This document shows positions 48,919-60,700 of a stretch of DNA of 64,000 bases, piece after piece (positions within the stretch are counted from its first letter, which is position 1; every line of letters starts with the position of its first letter). A program made the position numbers and the translations under genes. The DNA is from Azolla caroliniana (Eukaryota > Plantae > Polypodiophyta): NCBI GenBank assembly GCA_043228905.1, contig JBHGNT010000004.1, positions 6,882,001 to 6,946,000 of the forward strand, read 5' to 3'. The notes beneath the pieces are model-generated. The model saw nothing but the letters and a program-made list of their open reading frames with translations. It was not told the DNA's origin and made no database searches.

Positions 48919-50076
48919 ATGGCTACTGTTAGCGCCCAAGAATACCAATCCGTTTTCTCTGAGCTACAGTGCCTAAAAGAAAAGTTTGTTGCCCTGGAAC
49001 AAGAAAACCAACGGCTGATAGGGGATCTGCAACAAATCGCTCTAGAAAAACAACAAACGCAACAACAACATGGGGAGTTAGCGTTACGGGTACAACAACT
49101 CGAAGCAGCGTTGCAACAACAAGGATCCAGTCCCCAAGGGTTTCATAAAGAGCCCAAGATTGGACTTCCTGTGAAATTTGATGGAACGCGTTCGCAATTC
49201 CGGGGATTCCTTAATCAGGTACGCTTAGTCATCCAGATGCATCCTTCCCGATATCCCACTGATGCATCTCGAGTCGGCCTAATAGGCACGCTACTTAGCG
49301 GCTCAGCCTTGGCATGGTTTGCTCCGCTTCTAGAAAAACAATCACCCTTACTTAATAACTTTGAAGATTTTATTGGTGAGTTTAAAGCCTGCTTTGGAGA
49401 CACCGACAGCATCAGGACGGCGATCAACAAGATCCGGCGATTGCGTCAAGGCGATCGTCCAGCCTCTGCCTACGCGGCGGATTTCCGCCTACTTGCTTCA
49501 GATATACCCTGGGATGATCAAGCACTAATGGAGCAGTTTCGCTATGGCTTGCGAAACGATGTCAAAGATCTACTTCTAACTTTCCCCGAAGAACCAAAGT
49601 CTCTTACGGAGGCAATCAGTCAGGCAGTTCGATGTGACAACCGCCTTTTTGAACGGCGTTCAGAACGTCAATTACAGATACCACGCTCTAGGCCAGAGCC
49701 CACTTACGCCGCAGTCGCGGCTAAACCGTTTGCACGAGACACACCTCAAGCAAATACTTCGACACCGATGGAGATCGATACCATGCGTCGACGCGGCCCG
49801 TTATCGGAAGAAGAAAAGCAACGACGACGTGCCAATCGATTATGTCTTTATTGCGGTGGACCAGGACATATCGCCATCAATTGTCCCCATAGGCCAAGAA
49901 GACAGGTAAATCAAATCGTCGCCTGTACTAAACCTGAGTCAATTCTTCCCTTTGGAGTGTCTGATAGTATTAATAGTACTAATAGAGTGTCAGATAGTAT
50001 TCATAGTACTAATAGCCCAAGTATCTCAAATAAATTTGAAATCCTTAGTCAATTAGATGAAGAGTTAAACGATTGA
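48919..50076 (+). CDS. gag: Gag of element F (coiled coil, capsid, CCHC knuckle)
   Basis: 385-aa intact ORF with [19 protein letters not shown] and [14 protein letters not shown]. Confidence 0.93.
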   Translation: MATVSAQEYQSVFSELQCLKEKFVALEQENQRLIGDLQQIALEKQQTQQQHGELALRVQQLEAALQQQGSSPQGFHKEPKIGLPVKFDGTRSQFRGFLNQVRLVIQMHPSRYPTDASRVGLIGTLLSGSALAWFAPLLEKQSPLLNNFEDFIGEFKACFGDTDSIRTAINKIRRLRQGDRPASAYAADFRLLASDIPWDDQALMEQFRYGLRNDVKDLLLTFPEEPKSLTEAISQAVRCDNRLFERRSERQLQIPRSRPEPTYAAVAAKPFARDTPQANTSTPMEIDTMRRRGPLSEEEKQRRRANRLCLYCGGPGHIAINCPHRPRRQVNQIVACTKPESILPFGVSDSINSTNRVSDSIHSTNSPSISNKFEILSQLDEELND

Positions 50077-53000
50077 GTCCAGCCAAAATAGGAGCCATTT
50101 GGTTGGACAGCAGCCCTAGATCTGTACAGCCCATTAGTGGTTCCATTCCTTCCAAGCAAGTTAGCAATGTGTTCCTAGCCCAAGTCATTGTTAGTACTAA
50201 AAGTACTCCCCCAGTACCCGTCCTAGCACTTTTAGATTCCGGAGCTAATTCCTGTTTTATGGATCGAAATTTTGCCCAAGCTTCTCAGATATCCTTAAGA
50301 AAACTTCCTTGTCCCGCATCTGTAGTGGTCATTGATGGTCGTCCCATTGCTTCCGGGAATATTGTAGAAGAATCAGAACCCATTCAAGTTGTCCTAGGTA
50401 GTTTTGTGTGTATAATATCATTTAATATAATTAGTAGTCCAGAGCATCCCATTGTCCTAGGATTACCTTGGCTTGAATTACATAATCCAGCCATAGATTG
50501 GAGAACAAGAGAAGTCCGATATCGACCACCCCAAGAAACAACTCACCGAGTTTCGACCATTTCACTCCATCAACTACGCGAAGAAGGACCCAAGGAGGCA
50601 ATGTTCCTATTTGCCATATCAGTACATCCTTCTAGCACTATTAAGGACTCCTCAATACAACTTCCGGCAAAATATCATCCTTATGCCGATGTATTTGACA
50701 AGGTAAAAGCCGGTACCCTTCCTCATCACCGTCCCTATGACTGTCCCATCGATTTACAACCAGGAACCGAGCCACCATGGGGACCAATTTACAACTTGTC
50801 ACCCACAGAGTTAGAAGTCCTTCGAGCCTACATAGAGGAGAACTTGGCAAGCGGGTTCATCCGTCATTCGAAATCTCCGGCCGGTGCACCCATCTTCTTT
50901 GTCAAGAAGAAAGATGGCTCACTTCGTCTTGTCGTTGATTACCGCGGATTGAATAAAGTCACCATCCGGAATAGGTATGCACTTCCTCTTATATCAAGTC
51001 TTTTAGAGCGAGTTAATGGTGCCAAGTTTTTTACTAAAATCGACCTACGAGGAGCGTATAATCTCGTGCGGATCCGACCGGGAGATGAGTGGAAGACCGC
51101 TTTTCGCACGCGGTATGGGCATTTCGAGTATACTGTTATGCCGTTTGGCCTAACCAATGCACCCGCAGTCTTCCAACACATGGCAAATGATATATTCAGA
51201 GACCTCTTGGATATCTGTTTGATCATTTATCTGGATGATCTGTTGATTTATTCGAAGACCTAGGAAGAGCACGATTCTCATGTACTATTAGTACTAAAGC
51301 GACTCCGCGAGAATGGTCTTTATGCCAAGCTAGAGAAATGTAGCTTTGACTGCAAGCAAGTGGAATTTCTAGGCTACGTCATCTCCTCAAAGGGCATCGC
51401 CATGGATCCAGCTAAAATCCAAACTGTACTAGAGTGGCAAATTCCACGGTCGGTACGAGATGTACAATGTTTTCTAGGCTTTGCTAACTTCTACCGTAAG
51501 TTTATACAGGATTACTCGAAGATTATTTTACCTCTCACACAACTTACGAAGAAGGGCCAAGCATTTCTTTGGTCCATCGAAGCAGATATGGCTTTTCGGC
51601 ATCTTAAGAAAGCCTTTACATCAGCACCGATTCTAGCTCATGTGGATACAAGCAAACCATTCATCATGGAGGCCGACGCATCAGATTTCGCCCTCGGTAG
51701 CATCCTTTCTCAACAAGGCGATAAAGAAGAGTTGCATCCGGTGGCTTTCCATTCACGCAAATTCAATGTCGCAGAAATCAACTACGAAATACATGACAAG
51801 GAGTTATTAGCCATCGTGGATTCATTTGTACAATGGCGGCATTTCTTAGAGGGCTCTCCACATCAGGTCATTGTCTTTAGCGATCATAAAAATCTTGCTT
51901 ATTTTCAGAACGCTCGCGTACTAAATCGACGGCAAGCTCGGTGGGCGCAATTCCTCACGTGTTTCAACTTCGAAATCACATATCGACCGGGGAAGCAGCA
52001 AGGAAAAGCAGATGCACTATCACGGCGTTCATATCTTGCACCTCGTCCTGGTGACGCAACATTTGATAATCAAAAGCAAGTAATCTTGGGACCAACACGA
52101 TTGCACACGACGCGGATTTTTCACACCCCGATGGATTCACGGATTACCGATGACATACGTGCAACCTTGAAGACGGATAGTTTTGCTCAAGACATCCTGG
52201 CGCACATTGATCCTTCTCGGGCATCCTGTTCTCAGTCTCAACAACCAGGTATTGACTACCGACAATTCGAATATCATGATGGTTTGTTATTCTTTAAAAA
52301 GCGCGTATATGTCCCCGATTGCTCCGGTCGCCTTCAAATCGTCCAACATTGTCACGACACCCATACGGCGGGACATTTCGGTAGTACCAAGACGTTGGAG
52401 TTAGTGCATCGATCTTTTTGGTGGCCCCACATGCGCCGTTTTGTCGACGACTATGTTCGGACCTGTGATGCTTGCTGCCGAGCAAAGATGCCACGACACC
52501 ATCCATATGGCTTGTTGGAACCTTTACCAATTCCAAGTAAGCCATGGCAGTCTATTTGTCTTGATTTTATTACAGATCTGCCGGTCTTGAAGGGGTTCGA
52601 TGCTATCCTAACCGTCGTCGATCGATATACGAAGATGGCACATTTTGTGCCATGTACTAAAGCCATCACTAGCGAGGAAACCACCGCTCTTGTTATGCGT
52701 GAGGTATTTCGGCATCATGGCCTACCAGACAGTATTATCAGTGACCGAGGCCCGCAATTTGTCTCCAAATTTTGGCAGCATCTCTTTAGGATGCTCAAGG
52801 TCTCCTGCAACCTCTCCTCCGGCTACCATCCTCAAACTGACGGACAGGCGGAACGAACAAATCAAACGTTGGAGCAATATCTCCGGTGTTTCCTGAGTTA
52901 TCAACAGGACGATTGGGCCAAGATTCTCCACTTTGCGGAGTTTGCGTATAATAATGCTATTCACTCCTCGACTCGGGTCTCCCCATTTCTCGCTTATACC

Positions 53001-53642
53001 GGTTTCCATCCTCGCTGGTCGGTGATCGACACTCCGGAGCTACCTACCAACCCTCGTGCCGAGGACCATTTGGAGAGGCTACGCAAGATCCAGATGGATC
53101 TCTCTACTCACCTTCGTCATGCTCAACGCACACAGAAGACTTATGCGGATCGTCATCGGATTCCCTCCTCTTTTGCCATCGGAGATCGAGTATGGCTCTT
53201 ACGCCGTCACATCAAGACTACTCGACCGTGCGACAAGTTGGATTATCGACGACTCGGTCCTTTCCGTATTACGGGGAAGATTAATGATGTCACCTTCCGC
53301 TTGGATCTCCCTCCGCAGCTTCAGATACATCCGGTTTTCCATTGTTCTCTTCTTGAACCTTATAAAGCAAACACCATTCCCGATCGTGTGACACCACCGC
53401 CGCCCCCGCTGGAGTTGGACGACGGCCCGGAGTATGAAGTTGCTGCCATCCTCGATTCCAAACTTGTTCGCAACAAACTTTATTACTTGGTCGATTGGCT
53501 CGGTTATAGTCCGAGCGAACGTACTTGGGAACCCGTCGAGAATGTTGCCAATGCACAAGATCTTCTTGCTGATTTCCACCGAAAGTATCCGGACAAACCC
53601 GGTCCGCAGTTAGCGCCGACTCGTTCCACTCGTCGTCTTTAA
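50064..53642 (+). pseudogene. pol: Pol of element F in the -1 frame (PR, RT, RH, INT, chromodomain) with one premature stop
   Basis: [33 protein letters not shown], chromodomain. Single TAG at 51261-51263 where copy G encodes Gln ([10 protein letters not shown]). Confidence 0.92.
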
Positions 53643-54954
53643 GGGGGAGATAGTGTCATGGCAAGACTCGAACCCATGACTTTATGCTACATGGGTCGAG
53701 CTCTTACCATTAGATTAGGAATTGTATTTTGTAGGATATTATTTTCATTTATACTTTATCATAGAAAATTGATGTATATTCCAGATCTCTCTGGAACATT
53801 CTAGAAGCTTCAAGATTATTCCTAAAAACACTATAAAAGGAGGCACAAGGCATTGTTTTGAACCAAATTGGTTCAACGCCAGTCTTAAGCCTCTTAGCCG
53901 CTTGTACTTATCTTTTCACATAATATATAGTTGTTGTCATCATCTCTCTCATTCTCGCTATCTCTCTCTCTCTCCTCTTCTCACTTCCTCTCTCGGGAAT
54001 CTTACGCAGTCCCGTCCTCTTAGTACTAATAGTACTGCTGTTCATAGTACTAATTCCATCTCTGTTTTAGTACTATTCCTGACAGCATGTCGAAGCAATC
54101 CAGCACAACTGCCGACCAACTTTGATTTCTACAGAAGAATTGTGATCGATGGACGAAATAGCATGATCAACCATCCAGATGCACTTGGTCGAGAACATCT
54201 ATTTTAGCATAGCAAAGGAGATGTCAACATTCTCATTGTGGGAGAAGTTACATGCCATATCTCATTGCGGGAGAAGTTACAAGCCATATACGAGAAGAAA
54301 TCCTCCTCGTTGAAACTCATATTGATCTTACAATTATTCAATATGAAGATGAGAGAGTCGGATCCGGCAACCTCCCACATCAACACCTTCATCCGGGTGT
54401 TCTCCGAACTCTCCTCCCAAGGGATTAACTTTGAAGAAGAAGTTAAGGACATTGTCCTCCTTTCGAGCTTGCTGGCGAGTTGGGAAGACTTCTATATGAT
54501 GTTTGCCACCAGCTATTTGAATCTCAATTTGGACGAAACAGTAGGAAAAATCCTATCAGAAGACATCCAATTACAATCGATGGGTCTCACCATCGACGAT
54601 TCGGTAGAAGCTCACCACTCGATTGAGCCAGCCAAAAGAATCGACCGAAGAGGAGGGACGATCGACAAAGATCGAAATCAAAGAATGGTCGGTCGAGTGC
54701 CTTTTGCACATATTGCAAAAAGGTTGGCCACAACATTTCCAACTGTTGTTGGATAAAAAGAAAGGAGAATGGTCAACGATTCAATCAGACTCAAGGAAAA
54801 TCCAATTCGATCCGTTCTTTGACTGGCAACCAAGTCAATGTTTTTGAATCACGGTCTGGAGAAGTCCTCTCCTTTGAAAACTCTTCGACCAGTGAAGTCC
54901 TACACAATGCGAAAGACGTGGGAACGTGGCTGCTTGACTCCAGCACCATATTTC

Positions 54955-55655
54955 TGTTGGGAATATTTCCCTCCAATGGGAGGAAGAATCGATTGATCAA
55001 AAAGCCGATAGTCAATGATAGGGAAGATCCGATTGTTCAGAAAGTCGACAGTCGAAGAGTTGAAAACAGTGAGTCGACTGTTTGAAGATTCGACTATTAT
55101 TATTATAGTAATAATAATAATGATGATGTGTGGAAACAAGTCCCTCCAGATGGGAAAGAGAGAGGAGCCGAGTTGATGAGTGACTCGGCTGAGGCCAAAA
55201 TTGGAATTGTGTAAATAGCCAACTCGGGTGACTATACTTGTAAATAGTCTAAGTGTGCGCCCCATGAGGGCTACGTATGTAAATAGCCAGAAAGTTGTGT
55301 AAGAATATATACAACTAGGGAAAACTTTATGTGTGTGACGAACAGAGTAAAAACAGAAGTTGTGTGCAGGAGAGAGTGAGAGAGAGAGTGTGTTTGTGAG
55401 CCGCACCATAGCTGTGTGAGTAACAACAGATGCGAAGAGCCCTGTGCGGCTGATACACTCGACAGAGTGTTGTATTCCTCTCAGTGTTGTATATCCACTT
55501 TGTATAGTGAAGAAATCTGTTCACCCGTGGTTTTCCCTGTTTTAGGGTTTCCATGTAAATCTCTGTGCACCATTGTTCATCTTGTCTTTTCTTGGCATAT
55601 TTCGGTGATTCGTATTTCAGCGCGTAGTTAGTTTATTGTGATCTATTTCGCAACG
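54955..55655 (+). mobile_element. Solo LTR H (Copia-type) inserted in the protease of E
   Basis: Ends TGTTG...CAACG, flanks ATTTC/GTTTC (TSD with one mismatch), U5-like ccgtggttttccc...gggtttccatgtaaa; host frame resumes after it. Confidence 0.75.
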
Positions 55656-57481
55656 GTTTCTCGACAATTTAACGTGACCCTGGACATCAAATGGTTTTTC
55701 AATTATTCGACCGGAGCCGACAACACAATCTAACTCGGCAACGGGCAAGAGTGCGTTGTCGTGACGTGACTCGCCTAGAAGCGTAGCGTTGCGCACACAA
55801 AGGATAACGTGAAAGTGAGGAAGGAATCACTGGGGTTATGGACGGAAGAGACGAAAGAGTAGAGATGGAGTGAATAGAGATCAATAAGATATGACAAAAT
55901 AGGATTTTTAAGCAATTTAAGATAAGACAAGATAAGATATAAAATAATATATGAGAAAGTGTATGAAATTTATAATCATTTTCATGAAAGAGTTACAAAA
56001 TGATTGTACATGTCGTTGAACCTCCGAACTTTGTCTTGCAAGGTAATCGCTCTTCTCTTTCTTGATCGTAGACCACTACAATCTTCACTTCAATATTTTG
56101 ATGAAGATAAGGCTCGAACCACCTCCCTCTTGTTGAGAGTTGACCACCACGACCGCCAAGCTAGAGCTCCACCTTTATATTAAACTTCTTCCCTTCTTTA
56201 TCTATTTTTGTGGTATCTCTTATGTAATACATAATTTGATTGATATCTCATCCATATCTCCTTGTTCTTCTCTTTCACCATTTAAATAGGTGCCCCCATG
56301 CATATGATGCATTGGAGGGTACAAGTCATGCATGTAGTGCATGAAATGCATGTGATGCATGATAAACATCTCGCTCATTTGAGCTTTTATATATGAAACA
56401 ATATATGCAATAAGAATAAACATGAAAATATAATCTTAAAGAGAAAGGGCCTAGCCTAATGGTAGGTGTGTTGACTTTGGTGTATGAGGTTGTGGGTTTG
56501 AGTCTCAAAATACTATTGAATACAACATATAACTTTATTTTTATATCATGACGCAAATCCTTTATGTAGTATAAAGTAAATATAAAGTATGCTTTATTCT
56601 ATGTATGTTACTAGTATAGAGTAAATGGTAAGATTTGAGAGTCATAGGGTGGGGTTATTGGTTCACGTCCTCTCTTGTTCGTGTAATATAATATATTTAT
56701 CTATATATATATATTATTTTTCTTTACCGATATATAATATTATCATATGTGTTGTTAATATTATCTTTATATATAAAACATTATCAAATGTTATTTTAGT
56801 TATGTATTTATCTTATTGTAGACTTTTAATGTGAAGCTTTCGTATTTCACGACAACGTAATCAAAGGGATCAGAGAGGTCCCAATTCAATTGCCGAATGG
56901 CAATTCGATCATCCTACACTGAGTCCGGCACATACCCAAGCAAAGGAGTCTAGTCTCCATCGACATGCTAGCCAAAGCAGTGTCGTAGTGTACTTCGTAC
57001 ACTATGTAAACGTACCGAGTTCCCGATTGAATGGGCATGAAGTAAAAGGAGAAAAATGTTAAAACAATGTTACATGCATACGACATGATTCAAACCCTAT
57101 AAATCCATGTTAATAATTTGAAGCCTTACCATTATACTAACTTATCATGAGTGATATAATGATAGATTTAGTATCTATAAGAGCATATCCTCTCGTGCAA
57201 ATTCTAGGAAACTTACTCATGCACGACTAGTGTACATGAGTACTATAGTTAAAAAAAACATAGATTGCTATGTGATAAGATATACTCAGCCTCTCCCATC
57301 ACTATATAAGGATGGGGAGCAAAATGCAATGTGGTTGTTGATTCTTGGGGATTTATTAGAGTTCTAAATATTCTCGATTCTCGATTTTTCTTTCTCTCTC
57401 TCTTTCAATCTATTCATATTCTTATTTGCCTTAACATTCTCCTCCTCTTAATCCATAACATCGATGGTCTCCACCTGACTC

Positions 57482-57764
57482 ATGCAACGATCTGGCACCA
57501 AAAGGCACGACACATTTGGTGAACCCGACATGAAAACGGGTGACAAGGAGATGGAGAATCGACAAGAGGCCAACAACGTGATGATGATGTTTGAGCGGAT
57601 GTTGCAGGAACAATGCGCGATGTTGAAGGTCGCGGCGACAATAAAGCAGCCCATGCAACAGAATGGGCAATTCAACAGAAAGGATGTGTCATGTTAACTA
57701 TGGGACTACAAGGCGGAGGTGTTGCGATGGAGGATATTAGAAGGGTTGCAAGTGACATCCTTCA
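57482..57764 (+). pseudogene. Gypsy-like gag fragment; the preceding 55.8-57.4 kb may be its LTR/leader
   Basis: MQQNGQFNRKDVSC*LWDYKAEV resembles a capsid N-terminus; cut by element I. LTR limits not resolved. Confidence 0.4.
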
Positions 57765-60700
57765 TGTTGAGAATTGAGCCCATCATTGTGAAAACTTAAA
57801 CAACATCTTGAGATGAAGATGACTGAGTTATTATGTGTAAGCAAGATACAACAGAGAATTTGAGAGAGACAGAGAGACAGGGAGGCACACAATGTAACAA
57901 TATTATTTAGAGAATGGTTACAATACAATGGAGACAACGACTCTCTGACAATAGCAACCAACACCAAAATAACAACAACCTCATGAGCTAGGTTACAAAG
58001 CCCTTTATATACTAACTGGGCTAGGGCAACTTCCCTTTGACGTATTTACAAAGATTTATGTTAAGAATTAGGTAAGTAATTAAGAGTTAATTAGTACCTA
58101 ATTATGTGATTAAGTTAAGTGTGGAAGATTATGTGATATGTGTGTGAGAAGAAGAGAGAGAGGAGATATACACTTATGAACAACACAAGATGGGGGATGA
58201 GTAAACTAGAGTGTATATTATAAAACATCATCAAATACAAAAATACCATCAATGAGGTATATATAGATCTCATGTGCAAGGGTGCACATGTGTGAGGAGA
58301 ATATAGGTACAACCGTGTAAGTCCTATATTAAATGACTTTGGGAGTGAAGGATCTAGAATATCCTACTTAAGTACAAGGTCCTATTTAAGTCGTTATAGT
58401 CAACACTTCTAACTAGATTCTATCTAGGTAACTACGAAGTTACATGGTTGACTAACTAACTAAACGAAGTTGAGCTTGATCTCTCAACAATTTCCTAAAC
58501 CTAGACTGTCCAAAGGGACAACATGAATACGACCATTAGATACCCGTATTCGACACTCCCCCGTAATGGACATATACACCAAAAATCCTGTAAAAGAATA
58601 AATACAGATTATACAAAGTTGTCGAACATATTGGTTTTGTTCGAATCAGAAAAATCCGAAAACTAGGAGGCCGAGTTGGCTAGGGTCCGATCAACTAAAC
58701 CCGTGCTTCAAATTGTCGATTTCGAATGTCTAGAAAACGTCCTGAATGTCTGACTCAATTAGACTGATTCTTATCTATGCCCATCTGGTGTCGAAGGGAT
58801 CATAATCGATCTACTGAAAGACACTTGGTCATCCCATCTGCGACATTATCGGCTATAAGTATCTTCTCATGGACAATTTTCCTTGAAATTACGTAGTCTC
58901 GAACAAAGTGATATCTCACGTTGATGTGCTTCGAGGCATTGTGTTGGACCGGATTTTTCGACAAAGCAACAACACCCTAACTGTCACTGTAGACAAATGG
59001 AGCTGAATTAGAATCGACTTGTCGAAACGTGCATGCTAGCCGACCGAGCCATAAGGCTTCTTTTGCCACATCGGACAGGGCTACGTATTCAACCTTGGTT
59101 GTTGATGTGGCAGTGCACTCCTGAAGTTTCGATTTCCACGAAATTGCTCCATTGCCAAATTTGAAACAGTAACCGGTTGTCGATTTTCGACTGTCCACAT
59201 AGCCGGCAAAGTTCAACTCGGTGTATCTGACTATGCCTGAAGTGTCATTCAGGCCGAATAGAATGCCATAGTCTTTTGTGCCGACTAGGTATCTAAACAC
59301 ATGCTTTACTGTGTTCCAATGTGATCGGTTGGGGTTGTGCATGAATTTGCTGACCACTCCAACGACATGAGCAATGTCAGGCTGTGTTGCAAACATCGCA
59401 TACATCAGGGAGTCGATTGCCGGTGCATATGGTACCGACTTCATATCTTCCCCCTCTAGGCCGGATGTCGGGCAGTCATGCTGAGACAGCCGAATACTAA
59501 TTGGAAGCGGGGTCGAAGCAGATTTGGCTGATTGCATGCTGAAGCGTTCCAAGACACGAGACCAATATAGTCGGATTGAGATAGGAACAGATGTCGTCGA
59601 TTCTGATTCTGATTCCAACTTATCTTCATCCCGAGAATGTGTCTTGCAAGACCAAGATCCTTCATGGCGAACTTCAACCGCAATTATTGAATAAGTTCGG
59701 TGAGTTCTCTGGCATGTCGACCGGAGAATAACATGTTGTTCACGTAGATGATGAGGAAGATGGGAGACCCATCTTGAGCTATTTTGGTGAAGAGGCAGTG
59801 GTCCTCATCGCTCTTTGAGAAACCTACTGATTGGATGAAGTCATCGAACTTCTTATACCACTATCTCGGTGCCTGTTTCAAGCTGTATAGACTCTTCCTG
59901 AGTCGGCAGACTAGATGTTCCTGGCTGGAAACCACAAACCCTTCCGGTTGCTCCATATAAACTTCCTCCTCTAAGTCACCGTGGAGGAATGTCATTTTTA
60001 CATCTAGTTGAATCAACTCTAGATCCTCGGTTCCCACTACGCCGAGTAGGAAGCAAAAGGTGGTCATCTTCGCCACTGGTGAAAAGATTTTGTAAGTCGA
60101 CGCCATATTCCTATAGGAAACCCTTCGCGACTAATGTGGCCTTGTATTTTGGGGTGGCCAAATCAGACGTCTCTTTAGTCTATAGACCCACTTGCACAGA
60201 AGAGCATGTCGATTTTTTGGTAATACGACTAAGTTCCAAGTCTTGTTTGCTTGAATGGAGTTCATTTCCGACTCCATCACTAGATGCCAGGTGGTTGAAT
60301 TGGCGGATTCCGATGCTTCTTCGTATGACGTTGGTTAGTCGGCGTCTGTAAAGAAGATTCAAGGAGAATACCTCTCTAGAGGCTGCGATAGTCTCTCAGA
60401 TCTTTAAGGTATAAATGGATTGGTTGCATCAGGTGTCGGGGTCAGATGATCCAGAGCAAAACCATTTGGTTTTTCCGAGTTGAGCATTGTCGAGTTAGGG
60501 CTTGAGGATTCGGCAACTTCGGAAAAGGTTACCCTTCGGACTTCAATAGGCCTTTCAACCGTCTTATGCATAACCGACTCATTGAACACTATGTCCGAAC
60601 TTCGAATAATCTGTCTGTGCTCGAGGTCCCTGTTACCCGGACAAGTATGGATGCGTCGGAGTCAGAAGGATGTTCAGAGTCAGAGTCAGATCGATAGTTC

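Larger units (their letters stand above)
48420..54084 (+). mobile_element. Chromodomain Gypsy element F (Tcn1-like), young and nearly intact. 431-bp LTRs 48420-48850 and 53654-54084.
   Basis: TG...CA LTRs with only two mismatches seen; TSD GCAAG/GCATG (one mismatch); PPT aagggggagatag 53641-53653; order gag-PR-RT-RH-INT-CHD. Confidence 0.97.
48155..55762 (+). mobile_element. Decayed Copia element E (LTR tail, PBS, gag, protease), interrupted by Gypsy F and solo LTR H
   Basis: PBS tggtatcagag 48212-48222. gag MASQFGISVEI*KFDGKNF...RWQ|VEAI is continuous across F. Protease TWLLDSS...|VTLDIKWF...LGNGQEC is continuous across H. Confidence 0.8.
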
